This document shows positions 19,431 to 28,159 of a stretch of 64,000 bases of DNA, in pieces. Below the pieces are notes generated by a model, which was given only the letters and a program-made list of their open reading frames with translations, was not told the origin of the DNA and searched no databases. Position numbers and translations under genes: made by a program. Location of the stretch: the NCBI GenBank assembly GCA_003251795.1, contig QKEI01000117.1, positions 4,738-68,737 of the forward strand. Direction: 5' to 3'. The first letter of the stretch is position 1. Each line of letters begins with the position of its first letter. The stretch is from Candidatus Muproteobacteria bacterium (lineage in GTDB: Bacteria; Pseudomonadota; Gammaproteobacteria; Acidiferrobacterales; SPGG2).

Positions 19431-21170
19431 CTAACCGGCACTCAGGGGATTCTCGTTGATCTTATCAACCAGCCTGCGTAGCAAAGCGCTGTCACCTGCG
19501 CGCATGATCTTGCGTGCTGATCTGCGCAGCCTTGCTAACTCGCTATGACGCACGATGTTCTTGATCTGCGGCAGCATCGATGGGTGCATGCTAAATTCCG
19601 TTAGCCCCATGCCCAGCAGCAGACGTGTATAGTGCGGGTCGCCAGCCATTTCGCCACACATAGCCACTGGGATTCGCGCTGCCCGCGCCGCGTCGATCAC
19701 TCCCTCGATCAAACGTAGCACCGACGGGTGCAATGGGTCATAAAGGTAACTGACGGAATCGTCCAGACGGTCGATCGCCAGCGTGTATTGAATAAGATCA
19801 TTGGTGCCGATGGACAGGAAGTCGAGATGTGCTGCGAACAAATCCGCGCATACGGCAGCCGCCGGCACCTCGATCATACCCCCGATCGTAATCCGACGAT
19901 TGAAACGTTTGCCCTCACGTGCAAGCGTGCGCTTTGTGTCCTCGATCAGGGCCAGAACGTGAAACAACTCTTCCAGGCTCGACAGCATCGGGATCATGAT
20001 GCGCGCTTTACCGTGTGCCGAGGCGCGCAAGATCGCGCGCAACTGGGGACGAAACAGTGACATGTCGCGCAGGCACAACCGTACGGCGCGCAATCCAAGC
20101 GCCGGATTGGTAGTTCCAGGCCCCACGCTCGCGCCATCAACTTGCCGGTCTGCCGCCAGGTCCAACGTGCGTATGGTCACGGGCCTGTCGGCAAAAGCCT
20201 TTACTACTCTGGCGTACGTTCGATACTGTTCCTCTTCACTGGGCGGATCTTGTCGATTCATGAACAGATACTCGGTGCGATACAGTCCAATTCCCGATGC
20301 ACCGACGCGAGCAGCGACCTTAAGGTCGGCGGGCAGTTCAATGTTGGCGAGCAGCGTGATTGGCTGGCGGTCACGCGTGACTGCGCGGGCACCGCGTAAT
20401 TTGGCGAGCTCCCGGCGCATGCGTACCAGGGCATGACGACGCCTGCGATATTCGCTGGTTATGCCCTCATGTGAGCCCGCGATGAGCACACCACGGTCAC
20501 CGTCAACGACGAGATGGTCGCCAGTGCGCAAAAAGGCGGTTGCGCTATGCAGTGAAACGATGGCTGGAATGCCCAGGCTGCGCGCGAGGATTGCCGTATG
20601 TGAAATCGGCCCACCAACATCGGTGACGAAAGCCTTCATGCGCATGCGTGTTAGCATCACAGCATCGGCCGGGGTTAGGTCGTTGGCGACCAGAATCTGG
20701 CTGCCAGAGCCAATGTCCTGGTTGGCGCCGCGCGGTTCCACCAGATTGTGCAAGACAAGATCAATGACTTGCTCGACATCGATCCGTTTGGCGCGCAAGT
20801 AGGGATCTTCCATTCTTGCAAACCGGCCACCCAGGTCGTCACGTTGCAATTTCAGCGCCCAGTCAGCGTTACACTGTTGCTCTCGGATCACCGCGAGTGG
20901 CGCCCGACAAATCATGTCATCGTTGAGCATCAGCAAGTGGGTATCAATCAAGCTGGCAGTTTCTGGCGGGGCGTCCGCCGGGATGCGCGTACGAATACGG
21001 CGGAGTTGGGTCCGCGCAGTATCGACCGCCTGCTCAAAGCGCTGCACCTCCTGTTCTAGCAGCTGCCGCGGAATGCGGTACTGGGAGATATCAGCCTGTC
21101 CGCGGCGAAGCACGTAGGCCTTGCCCATACTAATTCCCTGACTCACGCCGGTGCCGTGTAATGCGAGCAT
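19431..21170 (-). CDS. ptsI: PTS enzyme I (PEP-protein phosphotransferase) without a GAF domain
   Basis: Phospho-His motif SHTAILARS, GIGLYRTE, NPALGLR, SIGTNDLIQY and MCGEMAGD. Confidence 0.96.
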   Translation of the reverse strand: MLALHGTGVSQGISMGKAYVLRRGQADISQYRIPRQLLEQEVQRFEQAVDTARTQLRRIRTRIPADAPPETASLIDTHLLMLNDDMICRAPLAVIREQQCNADWALKLQRDDLGGRFARMEDPYLRAKRIDVEQVIDLVLHNLVEPRGANQDIGSGSQILVANDLTPADAVMLTRMRMKAFVTDVGGPISHTAILARSLGIPAIVSLHSATAFLRTGDHLVVDGDRGVLIAGSHEGITSEYRRRRHALVRMRRELAKLRGARAVTRDRQPITLLANIELPADLKVAARVGASGIGLYRTEYLFMNRQDPPSEEEQYRTYARVVKAFADRPVTIRTLDLAADRQVDGASVGPGTTNPALGLRAVRLCLRDMSLFRPQLRAILRASAHGKARIMIPMLSSLEELFHVLALIEDTKRTLAREGKRFNRRITIGGMIEVPAAAVCADLFAAHLDFLSIGTNDLIQYTLAIDRLDDSVSYLYDPLHPSVLRLIEGVIDAARAARIPVAMCGEMAGDPHYTRLLLGMGLTEFSMHPSMLPQIKNIVRHSELARLRRSARKIMRAGDSALLRRLVDKINENPLSAG

Positions 21171-21437
21171 TTATTCCTCGCCAAAACCGTTTTTGACCAG
21201 CGCAACAAGCGCCGCATGGGCCTGCGCCTCATCCTTGCCATCGGCACAGAGTTCCACCTGAGAATCCCTGGAGAGCGCAAGCATCATGATGCCCATGATA
21301 CTCTTGCCGTCGGCTTCTTTGCCGTCTCGGCGCAATGTGATCTTACTGCTGAAATTTGCGGCCAGTCTGACAAAGCTGGCAGCAGCGCGGGCGTGCATGC
21401 CGCGCCTATTTACGATGGAGATTACCTGACATTTCAT
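21171..21437 (-). CDS. ptsH: HPr family phosphocarrier
   Basis: GMHARAA (His15) and GKSIMG (Ser46). Confidence 0.95.
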   Translation of the reverse strand: MKCQVISIVNRRGMHARAAASFVRLAANFSSKITLRRDGKEADGKSIMGIMMLALSRDSQVELCADGKDEAQAHAALVALVKNGFGEE

Positions 21438-21455
21438 CCGCCGCCGGGCCGTGAC

Positions 21456-21545
21456 TCATAGAGTGCCGCCGCTCGGTATCAGCGTGTCCACGGCAAGATC
21501 GTTGAATAGCCGAGCCTGCCGTCTCAGGAACAACTGCATCATCAT
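21456..21545 (-). pseudogene. 29-codon mini-ORF, possible relic of a mannose-type PTS EIIA gene
   Basis: ATG overlaps the rapZ stop (ATGA). Occupies the usual EIIA-Man slot. RLFN..LAVDTL..SGG is weakly like EIIA-Man C-termini. Confidence 0.3.
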
Positions 21546-22396
21546 GCAAGCTCCCGGTGGCGAATCTGTGTGTTTAGCTGTCGGCCTGCGAAATAGTCCG
21601 CGAGTCGCTGCACCATATAGACGGAGCGGTGTTGCCCACCGGTACAACCGACGGCGATCGTGAGATAGCCGCGTTGCTCACGCTCAAATGCAGGCAACCA
21701 TTTCTCGAGGAAAGCGCAAATGTCCTCGAACATGGTCTGTACTTGTACATGTTGTTCCAAGAACTTGATCACCGGTTCGTCGAGTCCGGTAAACCTGCGC
21801 AGCTCGGACTCCCAATAGGGGTTGGGGAGGCAGCGGATGTCAAACACGAAATCAGCGTCAAGCGGTGTACCGTGCTTGAAACCGAAAGACTCAAACAACA
21901 ACATAAGCCCAGCCGTGTCGCGATTGCCGGCCAGATCATGTAATTGCTGGCGCAATTCCACCGGTTTAGTGTGAGTTGTATCGATGCGTATGGCAGCCTC
22001 GAAGGATAAAGGTTCAAGCAGCGACTTTTCACGGCGTATGCCTTCCAGCAACGAGGTTTTCTTGTCGGTTAAAGGGTGTTTACGTCGAGTCTGTTTGAAC
22101 CTCTTGACGAGCACAGACTCTTCCGCCTCCAGGAAGATGATCTTGTAGTGGATTCCGAGCGATTGTAACTCCTCGAGGCTCTTGGGGACCTCGTGCAGAA
22201 AGGCCTGATTACGGGCGTCAATACCGACCGCGACATTGCGAAGTGTGTCACCGCTAGCGCTGGCGATCTCTCGGGCAAGGTGCGGCAGCATCGCTACCGG
22301 CAGGTTGTCGATACAGTAGAAACCCATGTCCTCCAGTGCCTGGAGGGCAATACTCTTACCCGAGCCTGACAATCCGCTTATGATCAAAAAGCTCAT
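21542..22396 (-). CDS. rapZ: RNase adapter RapZ
   Basis: GLSGSGKS, CIDNLP, SFGFKHG, LPNPYW and GCTGGQHRSV. Confidence 0.97.
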   Translation of the reverse strand: MSFLIISGLSGSGKSIALQALEDMGFYCIDNLPVAMLPHLAREIASASGDTLRNVAVGIDARNQAFLHEVPKSLEELQSLGIHYKIIFLEAEESVLVKRFKQTRRKHPLTDKKTSLLEGIRREKSLLEPLSFEAAIRIDTTHTKPVELRQQLHDLAGNRDTAGLMLLFESFGFKHGTPLDADFVFDIRCLPNPYWESELRRFTGLDEPVIKFLEQHVQVQTMFEDICAFLEKWLPAFEREQRGYLTIAVGCTGGQHRSVYMVQRLADYFAGRQLNTQIRHRELA

Positions 22397-22399
22397 TTC

Positions 22400-22650
22400 C
22401 GATTGCCCACAGGCACTGCTCGTTTTTGATTACTGCCTCGAAGAATTGATCCAGAGATTACGTGTATCCGGTCAGTGAGCATAGCAAGGCGTCGTATCTG
22501 TAGGTAGCCGTTTGTCTTTGACCAGGGATTTGCGTCACGGGCGGGACGTGCTTGGGCGGTACTTGAAGCATGAACATTGGGCGGCCGATACGAGCAGGCC
22601 TTCGTTCAACTCAGTCGGGAAGGTTCGCGTATGACGCACACCTAGCTAAA
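22400..22650 (-). pseudogene. Possible decayed hprK relic
   Basis: 260-bp gap between ptsN and rapZ where hprK often lies. 22475-22433 reads LTGYT*SLDQFFE, similar to an HprK C-terminus. Confidence 0.3.
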
Positions 22651-22656
22651 CGCATT

Positions 22657-23136
22657 TCAGCTGACCTTCCGTTCAGCCGCACCGCGCTGACTAACGAGTA
22701 GGCGGTAAGCTGCGTCCTGACTCACGGCGCGCGACAACTGATCGCACAGTTCTCTATCGTTGAAAATCGTGGCGAGTTGCGCCAGCAGCTGTAGATGTTC
22801 CTCACTAGCGTCTTCGGGTACAAGTAGCGCAAATACCAATTTGATCGGTTTACCATCAGCTGCATCGCAGTCGATTTCCTCAGCGAGCGTGGCAAAGGCG
22901 CCGATGGCCGTCTGCAGTCCTTTCAACCTACCATGGGGCAAGGCAACGCCATGACCAATCGCCGTCGTGCCCAAGCGTTCGCGCTCGAGCAGAGACTGAA
23001 AGGCCGTTGCCGAATCGACTGCGCTCGTCGGGTCGTGAGCGAGCAGGGTGCAAATCTCTTCTAGCAAACGTTTCTTACTGGAAACGCGCAGACGAATGGC
23101 AATACGCCTGGGCGTTAGGATGTCGTGAAGGCGCAT
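22657..23136 (-). CDS. ptsN: PTS EIIA-Ntr
   Basis: SKKRLLE, ERERLGTTAIGHGVALPHGR and EHLQLLAQLA. Confidence 0.96.
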   Translation of the reverse strand: MRLHDILTPRRIAIRLRVSSKKRLLEEICTLLAHDPTSAVDSATAFQSLLERERLGTTAIGHGVALPHGRLKGLQTAIGAFATLAEEIDCDAADGKPIKLVFALLVPEDASEEHLQLLAQLATIFNDRELCDQLSRAVSQDAAYRLLVSQRGAAERKVS

Positions 23137-23193
23137 AGGGTTCGGTCTACGCTGCGGAGGGAAGGGATGGACGATCTCGCAGCGATCGTGCTA

Positions 23194-23517
23194 TTAAGTC
23201 GCAGCCTTGGGTTTCTTGTTTTTTCGGTGATGGTTGGTCGTAATCTTTTGCTTGTATTTCAAGACCTGGCGGTCGAGCTTGTCGGCCAAAAAATCGATCG
23301 CCGCATACATGTCGTTGCCTTCTGCGTCCGCATGCAAGCTCACACCTTTGGCATGAATAGTAGCCTCTGCCTTGTGGCGGTTCTTCTCTACATGCAGTAC
23401 CACATTGGTTGTCGTGACGTGGTCGAAGCGACGTTGGATTCGTGTCAGTTTCTCGGACGCATAACTTCGCAAAGGCTCGGTAATCGTCATATTCTGGCCG
23501 CTCACCGTGATTTGCAT
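23194..23517 (-). CDS. hpf: Ribosome hibernation promoting factor
   Basis: MQITVSG, DMYAAID and KLDRQV. Directly after rpoN. Confidence 0.97.
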   Translation of the reverse strand: MQITVSGQNMTITEPLRSYASEKLTRIQRRFDHVTTTNVVLHVEKNRHKAEATIHAKGVSLHADAEGNDMYAAIDFLADKLDRQVLKYKQKITTNHHRKNKKPKAAT

Positions 23518-23533
23518 AAATACCTCTTTATGA

Positions 23534-25015
23534 CTATATGATCGACTTGCGCTGATTGGACGGGGGAATGCGCATAGACTCGCGGTATTTGGCTACCGTA
23601 CGCCGAGCCACGTTTATCCCCTGTTGCTCCAGAATTTTGGCAATCTTACTATCGCTGATCGGTTTAGCCGGCAACTCTGCCTCGACAAGCTTCTTGATGA
23701 GCGATCGTATTGCCGTTGCAGAACAGGTTCCGCCGTCGGCAGTGCCCACATGACTGGAAAAAAAGTACTTGAGCTCGAATATGCCGCGCGGGCTCAGCAT
23801 GTACTTATTTGTCGTAACGCGGGATATCGTTGACTCGTGCATGGCCACCGCCTCGGCGATATCGTGCAGCACTAATGGCTTCATAGCTTCGGGGCCATGT
23901 TCGAAAAAAGCCCGTTGCCGATCAACGATGGTGCGTGCGACTTTGAGTAGCGTTTCGTTGCGACTATTGAGACTCTTGATAAACCAGCGCGCCTGCTGTA
24001 ACTGATCTTGCAGGTATTTGTTATCCGCACTGGTGTCCCCACGGGTAATCAGCTTTTCATACTCGCGGTTGATCCGCAGGCGTGGCGCTACCTCGCCATT
24101 CATGTCGGCACGCCAAAGCCCTTTTAGTTTACGCACGATAATGTCGGGAACGATGTAGTTAGTCTGTGCCGTGTTGACATTGGCGGCCGGTCGAGGATTA
24201 AGGCTGCGTATCAACAATACCGCCTGTTGTAGGTCTTCCTGGCGCATCTTCGTAAGGCGACGCAACTGGGGGTAATCGCGGTTCGCAAGCAACGCGAGAT
24301 AATCTGGGGTTGCGAGCTGACGTGCCTGCTGCAAGTATGGAGTATCGGGGTCAAGAGTGCGTAGCTGCAGCTGTAAGCATTCACTGAGATCGCGGGCGCC
24401 AACGCCGATCGGATCAAAATTCTGCACCTGGTGCAGCACTGCCTCTATCTCATCGAGATCGGTTTCGTGTTCCCTGACAAGGAGTTGGTGGATCTCCTCG
24501 AGGCTACAGGTCAGGTAACCGTCTTCATTGATTGAATCAATTATGGCGAGTGCGAGTGCCCGATCCTTCTCAGAAAACGGTGTCATTTGCATCTGCCATT
24601 CAAGGTGATCGCGTAACGTTTGCGGACGACTGTTACGTGCGTCGAGATCGGGCAGATCATCATCGTTGTCTACGCGAGCAGTCGCGCCGCTCACCGGTAT
24701 ATCGAAACCATCGCTCCAGTCGTTGTTATCGGGCCCGGTAGCGTCGTCGAGTTTGCGCTGATCCATTTCAAGATCGGTGGGCTGTAACGAACCGTCAACC
24801 GTAAGCTCACTACTATCAAAGTCGTTGTTGGCCGCCTCATCCTTTTGGTCGCCGGCGTCGTCCTCTTTTTCCTCGAGCAGCGGATTGGTTTCGAGGGCTT
24901 CTTGGATCTCCTGCTGAAGTTCTATCGAGGATAACTGCAACAGCCGAATTGCCTGCTGCAATTGCGGCGTGATGGTCAGATGTTGACCGAGTTGCAGGTC
25001 GAGGGTTTGCTTCAT
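23534..25015 (-). CDS. rpoN: RNA polymerase sigma-54 factor
   Basis: TPQLQQAIRLLQLS, MHESTISR and the RpoN box ARRTVAKYRE. Confidence 0.99.
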   Translation of the reverse strand: MKQTLDLQLGQHLTITPQLQQAIRLLQLSSIELQQEIQEALETNPLLEEKEDDAGDQKDEAANNDFDSSELTVDGSLQPTDLEMDQRKLDDATGPDNNDWSDGFDIPVSGATARVDNDDDLPDLDARNSRPQTLRDHLEWQMQMTPFSEKDRALALAIIDSINEDGYLTCSLEEIHQLLVREHETDLDEIEAVLHQVQNFDPIGVGARDLSECLQLQLRTLDPDTPYLQQARQLATPDYLALLANRDYPQLRRLTKMRQEDLQQAVLLIRSLNPRPAANVNTAQTNYIVPDIIVRKLKGLWRADMNGEVAPRLRINREYEKLITRGDTSADNKYLQDQLQQARWFIKSLNSRNETLLKVARTIVDRQRAFFEHGPEAMKPLVLHDIAEAVAMHESTISRVTTNKYMLSPRGIFELKYFFSSHVGTADGGTCSATAIRSLIKKLVEAELPAKPISDSKIAKILEQQGINVARRTVAKYRESMRIPPSNQRKSII

Positions 25016-25030
25016 AGGGCGAAACCAAAC

Positions 25031-25046
25031 TGCATGTAGCGTGCCT
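25031..25046 (-). promoter_or_regulatory. Sigma54 -24/-12 element upstream of rpoN (possible autoregulation site)
   Basis: Minus strand AGGCACGCTACATGCA gives GG-N10-GC with GGCACG, about 16 bp from the rpoN ATG. Confidence 0.6.
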
Positions 25047-25201
25047 TTACCCCTTAGGGCCCGCCACAGTCGGCGGCACCCGATATATTACGTACTCCTC
25101 GTCTCCAGGGTATTTGCCCGCAACCGCGGACGGTTCGCCGGCGGAGCTATTAGTGCCCGGCCGGACGCTGAGGGCCGACGGGCTGAAGGGCGGAACCCAC
25201 C

Positions 25202-25927
25202 CTATAATCGGAAGTCTTCCCCCAGGTAGACTTTTCTTACATCTTCATTATATAGGATATCCTGGGGTGTGCCCGCTGTCAGGACCCGTCCGTCGTTTAG
25301 GATATAAGCGCGATCGCAGATCTTCAGTGTCTCCCTGACATTGTGGTCGGTGATCAATACGCCAATGCCGAGTTGCTGTAAGTGTCTGATTAACTGCTGA
25401 ATCTCTAACACTGAAATCGGGTCTACCCCAGCAAAGGGCTCGTCTAGTAGCATGAAGCGTGGTTCACTAGCAAGCGCGCGCGCGATCTCTACACGCCTGC
25501 GTTCTCCGCCGGAGAGACTAATGCCGCGCGTGTCGCGTCGCTCGTTAATGTGCAATTCGTCGAGCAACTGCTGCAGGCGCTCATAGCGTTTCGCCTGGCT
25601 CATATTGTTGCGCGTTTCAAGAATCGCCAGGATGTTTTCCTCGACCGTCATACCACGAAACACGGATGGTTCCTGCGGCAGGTATCCGAGCCCGAGTTTG
25701 GCGCGCTTATGCATCGGCAGGTGACTGATCCGCGCCCCCTCCAATGTGATCTCGCCACCATCCATGGGCACGAGACCGACCATCATATAGAAACAGGTAG
25801 TCTTACCCGCACCGTTTGGTCCGAGCAGCCCAACCACATCTCCCGTGTTTATCTCCAGCGAAACGTCGTCGACAACGACTCGCTTCTTGTAGCTCTTGCG
25901 AAGATGGGTCGCCGCCAGCTTGCTCAC
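25202..25927 (-). CDS. lptB: LPS export ABC ATPase
   Basis: [38 protein letters not shown] and C-terminal YLGEDFRL. Confidence 0.99.
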   Translation of the reverse strand: MSKLAATHLRKSYKKRVVVDDVSLEINTGDVVGLLGPNGAGKTTCFYMMVGLVPMDGGEITLEGARISHLPMHKRAKLGLGYLPQEPSVFRGMTVEENILAILETRNNMSQAKRYERLQQLLDELHINERRDTRGISLSGGERRRVEIARALASEPRFMLLDEPFAGVDPISVLEIQQLIRHLQQLGIGVLITDHNVRETLKICDRAYILNDGRVLTAGTPQDILYNEDVRKVYLGEDFRL

Positions 25928-26472
25928 TGCTTGACAGCCTCGCTCGTGGTGCCAGTTTGTGGCTTAGCGGTTCGCGGTTGCATCAATACAGAACATCGTC
26001 CCTCAGCCTCATCGCCCTTGCCAAAAAACTTCCCTGTCTGCACGTCGTAATGGACCTCGGCGCAACGTAGTTCTGAACCTTGCTGATGCAACTCAACATT
26101 TTCGAACATATCTAGCTTCTGGGTCTTGACGTTGTAGGTCGCACGTAACGCCTTCGCGGTCATCATTATTTGTTGGTCGGCGGCGCGACGCTTGACGTCG
26201 ACAGGGTTACCAAAGGCATTGAATATGTCGATCTCCCGGTTGCGTGTGATTACCTGCACGCGATCGGCTTTTAAAAAAAACTCGCCATCTGTAATTGAAA
26301 CGTCACCCCGGTACCAGGCGATGCCGCTCTTGTCATCGACCTCGATCGTCCGGGCATAGATGTTTATAGGCTTGTCACTGCTGAAGGTTTTGGACGCATC
26401 GGCCGCAGACGTCGCGCTAGCCCAGGCAAGCAGCATATAGCCGAGGATCATTATCTTGTAGTTGCCAGGCAT
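25924..26472 (-). CDS. lptA: LPS transport periplasmic protein LptA
   Basis: Signal peptide, KPINIYA, YRGDV and OstA-like beta strands. Between lptC and lptB. Start placed at 26472 (26529 also possible). Confidence 0.88.
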   Translation of the reverse strand: MPGNYKIMILGYMLLAWASATSAADASKTFSSDKPINIYARTIEVDDKSGIAWYRGDVSITDGEFFLKADRVQVITRNREIDIFNAFGNPVDVKRRAADQQIMMTAKALRATYNVKTQKLDMFENVELHQQGSELRCAEVHYDVQTGKFFGKGDEAEGRCSVLMQPRTAKPQTGTTSEAVKQ

Positions 26473-26481
26473 GGTGTTCGT

Positions 26482-26500
26482 TAGAACTGTAGAACTGTAG
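26482..26500. repeat. 8-bp tandem duplication TAGAACTG x2 + TAG
   Basis: Read directly: tagaactg tagaactg tag. Confidence 0.8.
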
Positions 26501-26532
26501 CGAGGCGAGAGACTCCCGCGCCTGAGCATTGT

Positions 26533-26970
26533 CTACTTTAGCAGGACTCGAAGCTCGGTTGTCGTTGTTTCGCTAACCTTGTTGGCAGCATCGCCCATCT
26601 GTACGATCTTTACATTCCCCAACAAAAAGACTTCATTGTTTGCGCTGTAATACCAGCCAATGTCCCCGCGGCTGTCTATTGCCTCCCTTCCAGCCTCGAA
26701 CTGCACAAAAATGGGTTTGACCAAACGCAATTTATCGTCGTGCGGGTAGTGTTGCATGAGCTCAGCCTTGAGCATGTACTTGCGCTGGCCGTCTTCCCCC
26801 ATAAAGGTGGCCCGGAAGTTTTCCATATAGTAGTCAACCTGCGCGCCTTTGACAGCTGTTGTCCGTACCTGTTCGCCGGGTTGCTTCAGGGTTCGGAGAA
26901 ACCACCATGAGCCCACTGACGTGAGCAGGAGAAAGATTGCGATAGCCAGTGTGCGCCAATTCGCTATCAT
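26533..26970 (-). CDS. lptC: LptC (short, 145 aa)
   Basis: N-terminal TM helix, DYYMENF, HYPHDD, LLGNV and TTELRV. Upstream of lptA. Confidence 0.85.
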   Translation of the reverse strand: MIANWRTLAIAIFLLLTSVGSWWFLRTLKQPGEQVRTTAVKGAQVDYYMENFRATFMGEDGQRKYMLKAELMQHYPHDDKLRLVKPIFVQFEAGREAIDSRGDIGWYYSANNEVFLLGNVKIVQMGDAANKVSETTTTELRVLLK

Positions 26971-27019
26971 TGTCGTGACAAGACTCTATCAGGAGTCCTG
27001 CGGTAAGTGCTGAAAACCT

Positions 27020-27202
27020 TCCGGCGAATCCATTCTGCCCCCGGACCAATGATGTCGCCCCACCTTTTTGCAGCACCCGGCACACTTGAGATAGAGTCGA
27101 TCAGTATATATAAAGCCGCACAAATATCCTATGCGCATCGCTGTGGCGTCGAATGATGCAAATGCTTTCTTGATGGGGTCTGGGTCAGATGACGTGTTGT
27201 GA
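27020..27202 (+). pseudogene. Possible decayed mlaB (STAS) relic
   Basis: Ordered fragments SGE, RVD, LWRR, QML and SGSDDVL* with stops and frameshifts, in the slot directly upstream of yadG. Confidence 0.35.
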
Positions 27203-27220
27203 CTATGGCGGCCTATTCTT

Positions 27221-27229
27221 TGGTATAAA
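27221..27229 (+). promoter_or_regulatory. Putative extended -10 promoter for the ABC ATPase gene
   Basis: TG-G-TATAAA ending 7 nt before the A of ATG 27236. Confidence 0.45.
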
Positions 27230-27235
27230 TTACCG

Positions 27236-28159
27236 ATGAGCAACGCAATCGAAATCGTTGATGTGCAAAAGCGCTTTGGCAACGTGCACGCGTTGAAAGG
27301 AGTGAACCTTGCTATCAAACGGGGTGAATTTTTCGGCCTGTTAGGTCCAAATGGTGCCGGCAAGTCGACGCTGATCAACATCATCGCCGGACTCACGCGC
27401 CGTGACAGTGGCCATGTATCTGTGCTTGGTCATGATGTGACACGAGACTACCGGCTCACGCGGCGCTGCCTCGGTGTAGTGCCGCAGGAGCTGGTGTTTG
27501 ATCCGTTTTTCACGGTTCGTGAGGTACTACGCATTCAAGCCGGTTACTTTGGTCTGGGGCGTAAGAATGATGCCTGGATAGACGAACTGTTGTACACATT
27601 GGGCCTCATGAACAAAGCCAATGCTAATATGCGGGCACTTTCCGGTGGCATGAAGCGACGTGTATTGATCGCGCAGGCGCTGGTGCACAAGCCAGAGGTC
27701 GTCGTATTGGACGAGCCCACAGCCGGTGTCGACATCGGACTGCGCAAGTCTCTGTGGTTGTTTATTCAACGACTGCATCACGAAGGTCACACGATCGTGC
27801 TGACCACCCATTATCTGGAAGAGGCCGAGGCGTTGTGTGAGCGTATTGCCATCTTAAATCATGGTAATGTTGTTGCGCTTGACAGTATGCACGGACTACT
27901 GCGTAAGGGTATCGGTATGACCGTACATATCATTGTTACAGTCGAGGAGCCGGTTCCGCTGTTGCCGCCGGAGTTGCAAGCCAAGCTAGTCAGCAAGCAG
28001 AGTGGACAGCTCGAGTTCAAGTTGGATCGGGGTGTCGAGTCGATCGTCGAATTTCTGGACCGGCTGCGACACACTGACATCGCCATTACTGATCTGCGTA
28101 CGGAGGAACCTGATTTGGAGGACGTATTCCTGGAGCTGACGGGCGAGGCCGCCGAATGA
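27236..28159 (+). CDS. yadG: ABC transporter ATP-binding protein (YadG-like)
   Basis: GPNGAGKST, VPQEL, LSGGMKRR, LDEPTAGVD and TTHYLEEAE. Confidence 0.92.
   Translation: MSNAIEIVDVQKRFGNVHALKGVNLAIKRGEFFGLLGPNGAGKSTLINIIAGLTRRDSGHVSVLGHDVTRDYRLTRRCLGVVPQELVFDPFFTVREVLRIQAGYFGLGRKNDAWIDELLYTLGLMNKANANMRALSGGMKRRVLIAQALVHKPEVVVLDEPTAGVDIGLRKSLWLFIQRLHHEGHTIVLTTHYLEEAEALCERIAILNHGNVVALDSMHGLLRKGIGMTVHIIVTVEEPVPLLPPELQAKLVSKQSGQLEFKLDRGVESIVEFLDRLRHTDIAITDLRTEEPDLEDVFLELTGEAAE

Noticed and set aside
26989-27085. Minus-strand HWSGGR fragment resembling the KdsC C-terminus
   Set aside because: Too short, the downstream motif is missing, and it conflicts with the better-ordered plus-strand MlaB-like fragments.
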